Source: Nemertoderma westbladi (taxonomy: Eukaryota > Animalia > Xenacoelomorpha). Taken from it: a stretch of 36,381 nucleotides of DNA. The notes beneath the pieces were generated by a model, which saw only the letters and a list, made by a program, of their open reading frames with translations, was not told the DNA's origin and ran no database searches. Of this stretch, positions 11,200 to 21,822 are shown in pieces. The number at the start of each line of letters is the position of its first letter. Position 1 is the stretch's first letter. The DNA lies in the NCBI GenBank assembly GCA_032718475.1, contig JAUCBJ010007112.1:1-36381 (forward strand). Direction: 5' to 3'. The position numbers and the translations under genes were made by a program.

Positions 11200-11840
11200 T
11201 GGTTTACTTATTTCTGTCAGTTTTGTTTGTTTGTAGGCCAGTATTGAACAGAAGGCGTGTAAACCTGATCAGATTGTACAGACAATTTGTAGGCTGAGCT
11301 GTTGTCTGATTGCTGTTAAGTCCGAACGAATTGCAGTGTGTGTAGAGCACTTGTCCGATTAAGTACGGTTAGGAAGTAGGGGCAGCCAATGCGGTAGGGT
11401 AAACCCCCAACTAAAGAATAAGTCGCACTACTGGGTTAGAGCGCATACTCCCTAATCATTTCGGAGTCTGCATGTCCTGTGGTTTATTTAGGCTTGAGAG
11501 TGGTCTGCCATCGTTTAGTCTGTACTTTGTTTGTGTAAGTCTGTACGGGTAGCGTATAATTTTATTTAGATAATTTGTAGGCTGGATAGTTGTCTGGCTG
11601 TTATTAGGTCTGAACGGATTGCCGCGTGTGTAGATCATCTGTCCGATTAAGTACGATTAGGCAGTAGGGGCAGCGAACGCTGTAAGGTAATCCCCCAACT
11701 AAAGAATAAGTCGCACTACTGGGTTAGAGCGCATACTCCCTAATCATTTCGGAGTCTGCATATACCGTAGTTTGTTTAGGCTTGATAGTAGTCTGTCAGT
11801 GTTCGGTCTGTATTTTGTTTGAGTAGTTTGTACGCGTAGC
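11200..11840. repeat. 288-bp tandem duplication, about 2.2 copies
   Basis: gtccgattaagtacg...ccccaactaaagaataagtcgcactactgggttagagcgc at 11353 and 11641. Confidence 0.85.
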
Positions 11841-12789
11841 GTAATATTTATTATTCAGAGTTTATGCGATTATCCGCAACATTCAAGTCCCCAAGTTTGT
11901 TCCTACAGTAATTGTGTTTGTTATACATACCGCTATAGTTAAATTAACCCCGGTACTACACGGGCTGCTCGGCGTAGGTCAAGACTGGTGATTTTGTGCA
12001 TCGGTCACTCCAGCAGATGCCGTGGTTCTTTTAGCTGTTCAAGTATATTTAACTACTGATTATTTGTTATACAAGTACTTGTACCTAATTTAGGGTTTAG
12101 TGTACAATACTTTCCGAAGTAATTATTGTAGGCATTATATTTGTGTTGTAAAGTGGTTGATAGGCACATTCGATTAGCTCTATTAACTTCTAGGTAGGAA
12201 CACTCCGTGATACATAACGTAGAACCTATAGCGATACGGCTATAGGTCGTCAGGCGGTGGTATTTTCCTATCTAGACAACGCAGTGTATTTACTACTACT
12301 TATTATTTCAAATACCGTAGTACCCTGTCCGCTGTGATAACCAGTTTTCTAACCCTTTGTTAGGCTGGTTTGTAGACTTCTTGTAAAATTACCCTAAAAA
12401 TTCGTATTTTGTGTTTTTTGTAAATTTTTGTGTTTATTTAGAGATTGTAATCTCAACCCGAATTGTACGTAATTTGTAGTATAAGTAACTTAGGTAAATT
12501 AGTAATATTTGTTTTAGTGTCCTATAAGTAACACTTCACTGAAAGCGCACCGCTTTGTGTAGTGATTACTCCCCAGAAATAATAACATTTATTTCAAACA
12601 TTGACAAAACCCATTAAAACGGGTATATATATATTATAAATCAAATCTAACGATTTATAAATAGTAGGCCTACCATACAACCATTAGGTCTCAATATCAG
12701 TTGGATTATTGCTTAAATAACGGTAATAAAGTAAGTTAAAGTAACCAAGTAACCCTAAAGTTCAGAAATTCAGTTATTTTAAAATAATT

Positions 12790-13085
12790 GATATACCGGT
12801 ATTTATGATAGGCCTATTATCTTTATTTCTATAATCTAGGCTGAAATTATACCGGTACGTGTAATTAATTCTATTTCAGAATTATATATACTACAAACTG
12901 TAAGCTGTATACCGGTATTCCGATAGGCCTATTATATTTTTATATATATTTGTGCTAAAATTATACCGGTATTCTGAGATAAACCTAGTCTGTAATAATA
13001 CTTATATAGTTATATATACTATAAGCATACCGGTATTCTAATATATTATATATATCACGCTACACTGAGTAGCAGTACCGGTAAT
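12790..13085. repeat. Degenerate AT-rich repeat of about 57 bp anchored on TACCGGTA
   Basis: TACCGGTA recurs six times at 50-65-bp spacing. Confidence 0.65.
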
Positions 13086-13169
13086 TAATTACTAGGCTAG
13101 CAGTTAATACTGAGTTACTAGACTTGCTCAGACTGTAATACAGCAGTAGACATTCAACTGTACACAAAC

Positions 13170-14090
13170 ATGTCTGACGCAAAGCAGAACCTGTCAGACA
13201 GTCTACTAGATACAACGGAGAGTGAAGCGACATTAGAGAAACGGCCTGCTCAACCGCAGCCACTACAGACCTATGCGGTAAGAACTAGAGTAGGTTGGTA
13301 CCTTACTGGACCTTCCGGTAGAACGCTCAGGGAAAGACTGCTTCAAGATCGCGTCTGCCAGATGAGTGAATGGGAAGATGATACTAGTGAGGGAGACGAC
13401 CCAACTGAGGGAACACCACACTCCTCAGATAATGACAATCTTAGCTCCAATGTAGATCAATGGAGATATTGCCCCAAGAAGTTTAATCCAACGGACATCG
13501 CTTCCAGAGGAGCAACTCCTCAAGAACTGACAGATACTACAGACCGATTAGGTGAACCCGACTTCCTGAGTAAGGAGAATGAATGGCCTCCCCATCTTAC
13601 TCCGACTGAGATTATACCAGCCAAGGGAGCGGAGAAAGTCGAACCTGAAACCCGGACGTGTGGATCGGAGTTATTTGAACCCGGGATAGATCTGTCGGTA
13701 TTACATGTTGCCAGGGACGACGCCGTGGATCTGGGCCTCCCCACCGCGAGTGGATCCTTCATGAAGATCAGAGAGAGCGATTGGAGCTCTGGAACATCAG
13801 ACGTCTCGCAGGGACTCTCACCTCTCCTGCAGAGAGCGACGGACCACTATAGCTCCTGGAATCGGCTTTGTGACGCCGTCATATACTTTGAGCGATGTTT
13901 CTATCGTCACTATTCCAGGACGAAGAGGAAACCTGGAATTGTATTCAGGATGCAGCGACTCAATCACCCAGTCGGTCGTTTGTGTTTATCGGAAGGGAAT
14001 GGAGGACTCTCCGGAAACTGTGGAAGGCAAGATTCTCTTCCCACGACCACCTCCCTAATCCTTCAAACATCTAGGGACTCCATAACGTAA
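13170..14090 (+). CDS. Internally deleted BEL/Pao pol-derived ORF (306 aa)
   Basis: AVRTRVGWYLTGP (BEL protease C-terminal motif), WRYCPKKFNPTDIASRG..GEPDFL (BEL RNase H C-terminal motif) and YSSWNRL. No RT or integrase core. Confidence 0.8.
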   Translation: MSDAKQNLSDSLLDTTESEATLEKRPAQPQPLQTYAVRTRVGWYLTGPSGRTLRERLLQDRVCQMSEWEDDTSEGDDPTEGTPHSSDNDNLSSNVDQWRYCPKKFNPTDIASRGATPQELTDTTDRLGEPDFLSKENEWPPHLTPTEIIPAKGAEKVEPETRTCGSELFEPGIDLSVLHVARDDAVDLGLPTASGSFMKIRESDWSSGTSDVSQGLSPLLQRATDHYSSWNRLCDAVIYFERCFYRHYSRTKRKPGIVFRMQRLNHPVGRLCLSEGNGGLSGNCGRQDSLPTTTSLILQTSRDSIT

Positions 14091-14599
14091 CAACATATGG
14101 AGTGGGTGTGTGACTCTATTATTTTATATTATTTTATTATTTTTATATTTCTGTATGTATTACTATGTAATTTTATTATAATCGTTTTCTTTAATTTTAT
14201 TCAGTAGAATGTTATTTTAGCGATTATTTAGTAGATTAGTGCAATATATATTCGCGTTTATTACTTAATTACATATATATTATATTTAATGAGACGGCAA
14301 GAAATAATTCTTTTTCTCTTTCCTTACTGTCCGTATTACATTACAAATACGTAACTACAGTAAGATGAAATGTCCGTACTTATTAAAGTACAATAAAGCC
14401 ACTACTATATTCAAGTATTATTGGTAGGCAGAGTATTAGGAATGCAAAGTTCAGATCCTCGTGTCTCGGCTAAACCAAGCTCTGGGTAGACCTTGGAAAC
14501 GACTTGCCTCTTCACACTGACATTGCTTCGTGCGATATTGCTCTCATACCGTATATTAAATAATACATATAGTAGCGTGATGTCCCTTTAACAGTAGCG

Positions 14600-14960
14600 T
14601 ATAACGCAAAATAAATCTGTTAAACCCTTTGACCATCTGTAATTCTAGTCGATTAAGATATCGTGGCACCCACCGATATACTTGAAAGACAAATTATAGA
14701 ATCAATGGTTAACGTCACCAGACAAGTTCTGGAATAAATCGGTGCCCATCTCAAATATTAATTATTTAATATTTGCAAATCTAATACGTCAAAATCTGTA
14801 AAATTCAGATCCTTTAACAATTCTAGTCGATTAAGATATCGTAGCATTTACCGATATTCTTAAAAAGACAATTGTCATAGAATTAAGGATCTTGTGTCCC
14901 TAGACATGTTCTAGAATCAAAATATGTCCATTTAATTATCAAATAATAAAATTTCAGGGA
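14600..14960. repeat. Diverged 178-bp tandem duplication
   Basis: ttctagtcgattaagatatcgt at 14643 and 14821, with similar flanks. Confidence 0.75.
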
Positions 14961-15718
14961 ATAAATTTAAATTCATGTCTTTTAATGAATTTAATAAATT
15001 GCCATTTTACGCAATTTATAACATTCCCAAAATTCCATTAATTAATAGATCAAGGGAGCGGAGATTTATATTATTATGCGTATGCGTGTACGAAAGTCTC
15101 CCAAACATAGTCAATAGCCGATAAAATTCATAAAGTCATGTATAAAACCGAACATTGACTATTAAAGAATACTATTAAATAACATCCCAGATCTGTATGC
15201 ATTGGAACTACCCTAATTCTACCGCTAGCTTTGCATAATGTCACCATAGCAACAACCACGCTAGAATTAGAATTGAGTTAACGAAAAATAGAAAGCCTGT
15301 CCCATTGAATAGCATAGGGAATAAATAGCGCACTACTAGTATCCAAGGATACATAATAATACAGTGACATTCTGGAAGGCATTGACTAACGGACAAATGG
15401 CCCGAATGTGTGTAATTTGTGACAAGTTGTGCGTGTGGTATTTGTGAGTTTATAGGTGAATGTTACTGCTAAGGTGTGTTTACAGTAGCTAGTCGCAATC
15501 GTAAAAGTAACCTAACTCTCCAAGGAAAACCTGAAGTACATCTAAGTCTTTGGGACGGACAGTCGAGTGACTTGTGTCGGTTGTCGTTGTCGTTGTGCGG
15601 CTACGTCGTTGGCGAAAGTACAGCGGCGACGACACATCGGCGCTGAGGATCTCGTACTGTCCGGGGGTTAATTGGAGTAGGCAGCGACGCTTGCTAGCCT
15701 GAATATAAACTCCTTATA

Positions 15719-16051
15719 ATGTGGATAAACTCATATATAGCAGACATGATGGAGTTGATAGCAGATGTTCTTGGTATCGGGGAGCGATATACTCTACTTT
15801 TGCAAGCGTTTGTTGATAGCTTAATACGCGGCGACGTTAGTCCAACTGCTGCGGAGGACGATGGTCGTTATATCGAACCGCCAATGTCCCAAGAGCAGCT
15901 CGCGCGCGAGTTGGACTATAGAAAATTCGCTGCTCGATATACGCAGCGTAATGGTACGTATATGGTCTTCTTAACCACTGGTCATCCTATCGATTTACAC
16001 AATACTGACTATGTCGACTATATATCCTGCCCAGCGGAGTCGGAACCATAA
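15719..16051 (+). CDS. Hypothetical 110-aa ORF in the 3' internal region of BEL element 1
   Basis: ATG-started ORF with protein-like composition; no recognisable domain. Confidence 0.35.
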   Translation: MWINSYIADMMELIADVLGIGERYTLLLQAFVDSLIRGDVSPTAAEDDGRYIEPPMSQEQLARELDYRKFAARYTQRNGTYMVFLTTGHPIDLHNTDYVDYISCPAESEP

Positions 16052-17157
16052 ACTGAAATCCGAATGCGAAAATTCTATTCGAAATCGACTCGAAAGAAAA
16101 GGCACTAAAGAAACAAATAAACGCGGTAACTCCAACGTATATTTGGAATTCTTGATAGAATCATTGTAACTACAAATAAATATCATCCGCGTTTCCCCTA
16201 CCAGACGTGCGTCTTGGGTATTATTACGGTAAATGCCCTAGACCCAGCCAATAAACGGAAAGACATAAACATCCACGGAAACGTTGTGTTAAATACAGTT
16301 GTGTTCGTTATATTTACTGGAGTTTCGAGCGAAACTTGTTTGACGTATCACCTATGCTCACTCGGCTCTAACGATCCTAGAGTAAACCTACGATCAGAGT
16401 CCCGGAATACTCGGTCAAACCTCCTCATTCCTTAGTTGGACCTCAGACCTGCGATCCTGGTGGTGGCGCGGATCCTCGCGGACGGTATTCACTGTTCAAA
16501 GATCTAGTGCTACCCTAACAATTAATCGGTAACACTCCGACAGTGATTTCTAGCTAGCCGCCCATCTTACCTAGCCGGATTGTGACGCGGACACCTAATA
16601 TCACTATCCAACCGTATGGTCGTCCCCGTTTAACGCGATACAACCCCTCATCAAGGTGAAGGAGAGCTTTGTACGAAACGAGTTAAACGCTATTCTATAA
16701 AGATCAAAAGAGAAACCTGCGTTTGTTCAGATAAACGTAAGTTATAACAGTAAGTCCAGTCGATAAACGAATTGGCCTTATCTCAATTCGATTGGGAAAT
16801 CCAGAATCTCTAAGAAGTTATCGAACTTGGACGATCCTATTCTCTGCGAGAGTTTTTGGATGAACGTATCCAGCTACGAGCGGAGGAAAATCAGCTCGAG
16901 GAGAAGCATATCGAAACGGCAGATACCTCGACCATAAACCTACACCTTCTGATGCAATCATATTGCACCCTTCACCCAGGAGTTATGGCCCTCCTAGTAA
17001 AGTGGCTCCCCCCAAAGAGAAAAAGACTCTTGCTAGCCTCAAAAAACTGCGTAAACGCCGTCTGCGTAAGAAAGACTAACTGTTTAGAGTATCTTTATGT
17101 TTTAGAAACTGTGATTTTTATATTTTATAGACTGAAAATCCCATTTTCTGGGAGCGG

Positions 17158-18385
17158 TGTAAAAGCTTTTACTGAATTGTCCGGTTATTTTTCCTTATTT
17201 TTCCCGTAAAGTACTCTGTAGTTGGTTTACCAGGCATAAAAAGGCCGTGTCCTTGCTGTACTGGTGTTTTAGCGGACATAAAAGCTATTTCTTCTGTATT
17301 TGTACTTTAGAGGACATAATCCGTAATTCCGTGACGTAAAAGCTCGATACTCTTGAAAACAGTGTCGCTACCATGACGACGGCTAGCAGCTGATATTGCC
17401 ACGTCGACGTTTCTTTGTTTCTCTGTTCTCTCGTTGTTCATGTTGACCAATCAGAGCGTTTGTGATCTCTGTGTTGGAGGTATATACAGAAACTCAGTAG
17501 TTCAGTGTTATGTTTTTGTCCAGAGCCTAAGAACCGGCTTTGGCACCTCCGTGTTTTAGTTTTTAGTCTTACACTAGTAGGTTTAATTATAAAGGGCATA
17601 TATCCTTTAACGCACCTACCTGACTCATGGAATCACTGCATACTGATGACTGATGTCTGCATACTGCAGTACTGCATACACTGCATACTGTGTAACATTG
17701 TGCATACCTTTATATTGTTATACTGCTATTTACCGTCAGTTCTTCATAATATGGTTGATGAATAATTATATTTGGAATAACGATAAACAACCCCGAAACC
17801 CAATGTTCTTGATATACCGAAGGTAAGAGAGAAGGGTTACAGATAAACGATTGTGACTTATGTTAAAGTGGTTTGAAGTGAATCTAATGTTATTTGATAG
17901 ACCCTACATGAGCCAGTCTGTGTTCCTTTTATATGTGACTAAAATCAGTGAAGATCGGCAGATAAGTGTGCAGTATTGTGCAGCATTGTGTATGAGTGAG
18001 TCTGTTAAAGAAGCATTCCTAAAGAATGCGCCATATATGTGAATTATAATTAAGCCATATCGTTGTGAGTGGTTTAAGTCATAACTCTGTTTATATAGAT
18101 AAAGCGCCACGTCCTAAAGGAACTGTTAATATTCCCGAAGGTGAATAATATTGTCAGAGATTATATAATACTGTCAGTCGAATAATACATTAGGCTTACA
18201 TAGCAATAAAATTAAACCGTCGAACCCAATCTCCCGGGAATTTCCAGCGGGTGAATGGTCGCGCACGGATTGGTTTCGACTAGTGTAGTGAATCAAATAC
18301 TTGTCATAGACTAAAAACTGATTTAATATCTAGAAGACATCTTAATTTGGTGGGTTAAACTGCCAAAGGTCTGAAAGCGCGAACA
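17158..18385 (+). repeat. 3' LTR of BEL element 1
   Basis: Copy of 9686-10913 at offset 7472; the ORF-track translations of both copies are identical. Confidence 0.96.
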
Positions 18386-18390
18386 AAGGG

Positions 18391-20561
18391 TTGAAATTAA
18401 ATTAGCTGAATCTAAGTGTAGGTCATTACTATATAAGGGGCATGGATATATGGAATTACCTAAGGCTTTATCAGCTAAAAAATGTACAATAAATATACAA
18501 ACAGCTGATAATGATTGTTTCAAATGGGCTATTATATCCGCAAAATTTGGTAGCAAAGTGAAAAATAATAAAAACCATACTTCATCGTACAAAAATTATA
18601 TGAGTCATTTCATTTTTGACATTGGGAACAAAGATTATCCAACAGAGTGGCAGTTAGCGATTAAACTTTTTGAAAAACAAAATTCAAAATATATAATTAA
18701 TTTACTATTTTGGAATAACGACAACAAACGCACCCCTGTATCTATATTAAGACAACCTCCGTTTAGTAAAATTACACCTGATAAACAATTATTAAATATA
18801 TTACTTGTAGTAAAAAATAACAATGTACCTAAACTGAATCATTATGTTTGCATAACTAACTTGAATCGATTGCTGAATACGAGAGCTCTTCATACCCAAG
18901 GTAGGCAATATTCTGAAAGGTGTTTGACACATTTTTTTCGAGCAGAAGTTCTTCTTCGACACTGTCTCATATGCTACCAAGGAATAAGTCAGCGCGAGAA
19001 ACTACCTAATAAAAAAAGAACACACATTAGTTTTACAAATTTAGATAGAACCTTATCCCCATTGTTTGTCACCTACTTTGATATAGAATGTATCTTACAA
19101 CCTTCAGTTAATAATCAATTTATACAGGAGCATATACCGTGTGCGGTGAGTTATTTAATTGTTCCCAATAGTGAATTAATTGATGCTCCAAAATGTCATT
19201 TGAAAACATTTGTAAAGACAAATAATAATAATTGTATTCAAGATTTCTTAGATTCATTATATACTGATTTAACTGAATTATGTTGTTGGTCAGACATATA
19301 CACTCATAAAACTATGCCATTTACTAATATTGATTTTGTAAATTTTGAACAAGCAAAATTTTGTTTCTATTGTAATGTTACTTTAAATAATAATGTAGGG
19401 AAAAACAGACACCATTCACATATTACTGGTAAATATATTGCAGCAGCCTGTAATAGTTGTAACCGAAGTTTATCATTGAAACGAAACCTGTATGTACTTT
19501 GCGGGCACAATTCCAGTAATTACGATATACATTGTATATTACAAACCGGATTTAGAGATAAGAAATACACAGATTGTGATATAAAGGTTATACCGAGAAA
19601 TACAGAACGATATATTTCACTGAGTGCATTTATCCCAATTAAAAACACTTCTAAAAAAATTGAGTTACGTTTCTTAGACACATATCAATTTTTAAGCTTT
19701 TCTTTAAGTAATTTAGTTGAGTGTTCAACAAAGGATGTAGCGAGTCATGATATAAGCTCAATTTTACCTATCACTATACAAGAAATGAAATATTTTTATC
19801 CAAACTTGAATAACTCAACAATTAAACGGAAAGGAGTATTTCCATACGAGTACTTGACAGATATTAATAAATTTAATGATACTAGTTTGCCATCTATAAA
19901 TAATTTTTTTAGTAACTTAAGTCAAAAAACATGCACAATTGAAGATTATAGGTTTGCAAGATTATCATGGGTAGAATTCGACTGTGTGAATCTCAAAGAT
20001 TATCTTTTAGCCTATTTAAAACTCGATGTTTGTTTGCTTACTGATATATTTGAGAATTTTAGGAATGTTTGTAAACAAAATTACGATTTAGAAGTGGTTT
20101 TTTACTGTAGTATCGCATCATTTACCTATGATTGCGCGCTAAAATATAATAAATGTAAAATAGAATTAATAAAGGATTATCAGACATATAGAGATTTTAA
20201 AAAATCAATTAGGGGTGGTGTTTCATTTTGTCGAAAGCATTATATAGAATCAAATATACCAGGAACAAGTACATATGATTATACTAAGGAAGAATGCCAT
20301 ATTTTTAATATTGATTTCAACTCTTTATATTCTGGGAATTTAAGTAAAAAACTACCCACCTCGCAATTCAAAGAAGTAAGTATTAAACATTTAGAGAATG
20401 CAATTCCAGAAAAACTAATCGAGTACTTGGTAGATTTAGACATTGATGGATCTACTGGATATTTTTTAATATGTGATTTAAATTATCCTAAAGCTATTCA
20501 CGATTACAATTACCGTTAGCACCAGAGCATTTAAGTATAAATTAATCAATGCTTTCACCTT
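18391..20561 (+). pseudogene. pPolB-A 3' part (exonuclease, endoVII insertion, Pol motif A), truncated
   Basis: Joins in frame with 9685 (SLLR-VEIKLAESKCRSLLYKGHGYMELPK). Motifs YFDIEC, HHSHITGKYIAAACNSCN, HNSSNYD, KGVFPYEY, YLKLDV, IDFNSLYS. Frameshifted LPLAPE near 20510; motifs B and C absent. Confidence 0.92.
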
Positions 20562-20641
20562 AGTAGTAATAGTATGCCATCCTCTGCGACAGTTTAGTCC
20601 CACTTCACACCTTGGGTGTTAAGTAGGTCATTAATTAATTA

Positions 20642-20741
20642 ACCAATTAATTAATTGGTCGATTAAACAATTAATTAATTGTTTAATCAATCGATTTGTA
20701 TCAAATAATGTTGCCAAAGGCAATTTAATTTGACACAAATC
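20642..20741. repeat. Cluster of three palindromes near the Polinton B terminus
   Basis: Perfect 18-bp (20642-20659) and 28-bp (20661-20688) palindromes centred on TTAATTAA; imperfect hairpin at 20693-20741. Confidence 0.9.
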
Positions 20742-21454
20742 AATCAGATAGGGACGCGAGATGAATAAATTGTACTACAGCAAATGAAATATACAATACT
20801 GTAGGCACTGTGCAATACAATATACAGTACATTTGTATTATTTTTGTCGTACAGTAGAAGGTAAAGATAGAATGAAATATAAAGACTCGAACGAGGCCCA
20901 AAACATAATTTACCCTTTCAAGAAAATAAAATGGGCCAGTTTGGCCCCGGCTCAGTCCCTCAATAATCTATGGCTGCTTGGGCTCTTATTAGACGTAGCA
21001 TGACTAACCCCACCAATGTCAACGTGTAGGTGGGGGCTGCCACGAATTTTAAATTATTCAAACCTACAGCTTCATTATTATGTCAATTCGCCTAAGAAAA
21101 TTATAATAAACATCTGCTCTTGCAATAGATTGCATTCTTTCGCATTGTACTTTATGAAGCAGTCCACGCGCGTATTAGCTCAACAACAAAGCCATCGCCC
21201 AAACGCCATGTGTCAAATTAACCCCCAACCATATCTATACTACAGTAGATACTGTAGTTTTTTTTTTTGTTTGAAGTAATTTCAGATGCTCTAGTATAAC
21301 ATTAATTAGCATACCCAGTCTGACGCAGCAACCCATTCATTACACACACTTTTCTCCAGCGCACCCCCCGCTTCTCAATTCATCCCATTTCCCTTCGTAA
21401 CTAATGTTTTACATTTAATGAACCCAATGAAATGTGTTTATTATTCCCGCAATC

Positions 21455-21817
21455 CAATAGCACGTCACTCTCCCCCTCTTTTTTATTTCTATTGGTTCCC
21501 CACAAGCTTTACTTTTATTTTCATTGGTTACCCTTTCCCTTATAAACCCCCATCCATCGCTTTGAACTTTACTTACAAAAATATTATTAACCATTTTACT
21601 TTTTATTTAAAGTTATAATACATTTATTGTTATAAATAATATATTGTTGCAAACATCATTTTCTTTTTCCAACACCACGAATCAATCTGCAGGTAAGAAC
21701 AATAAATTTGTATTTTTATGAATTCGTTTAGTTTTAACATTATTGCCTCAAAATAAAAATCAACCCCACGAAACCTTCCCAAACTTATTATTATTATTTA
21801 GTTTTTTTATTTTATAG
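21455..21817 (+). promoter_or_regulatory. Putative Pol II promoter and 5' UTR intron of pPolB-B
   Basis: CCAAT/ATTGG at 21455, 21491 and 21523; TATAAATA at 21631; TCATT at 21656; CAG|GTAAGA donor at 21693; T-rich TTTTATAG acceptor ending 21817; ATG at 21823. Confidence 0.55.
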
Positions 21818-21822
21818 CAAAC

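Larger units (their letters stand above)
9686..18385 (+). mobile_element. Non-autonomous BEL/Pao LTR retrotransposon 1 (8.7 kb)
   Basis: Two 1228-bp TG...CA LTRs, 5-bp TSD AAGGG (9681-9685, 18386-18390), purine-rich GGGAGCGG before the 3' LTR, BEL-type pol motif remnants. Confidence 0.93.
7986..20561 (+). mobile_element. Polinton/Maverick-like element A (remnant; left boundary unknown)
   Basis: Protein-primed PolB with endoVII insertion plus small upstream ORFs. Interrupted by BEL element 1 and cut at 20561. Confidence 0.7.
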
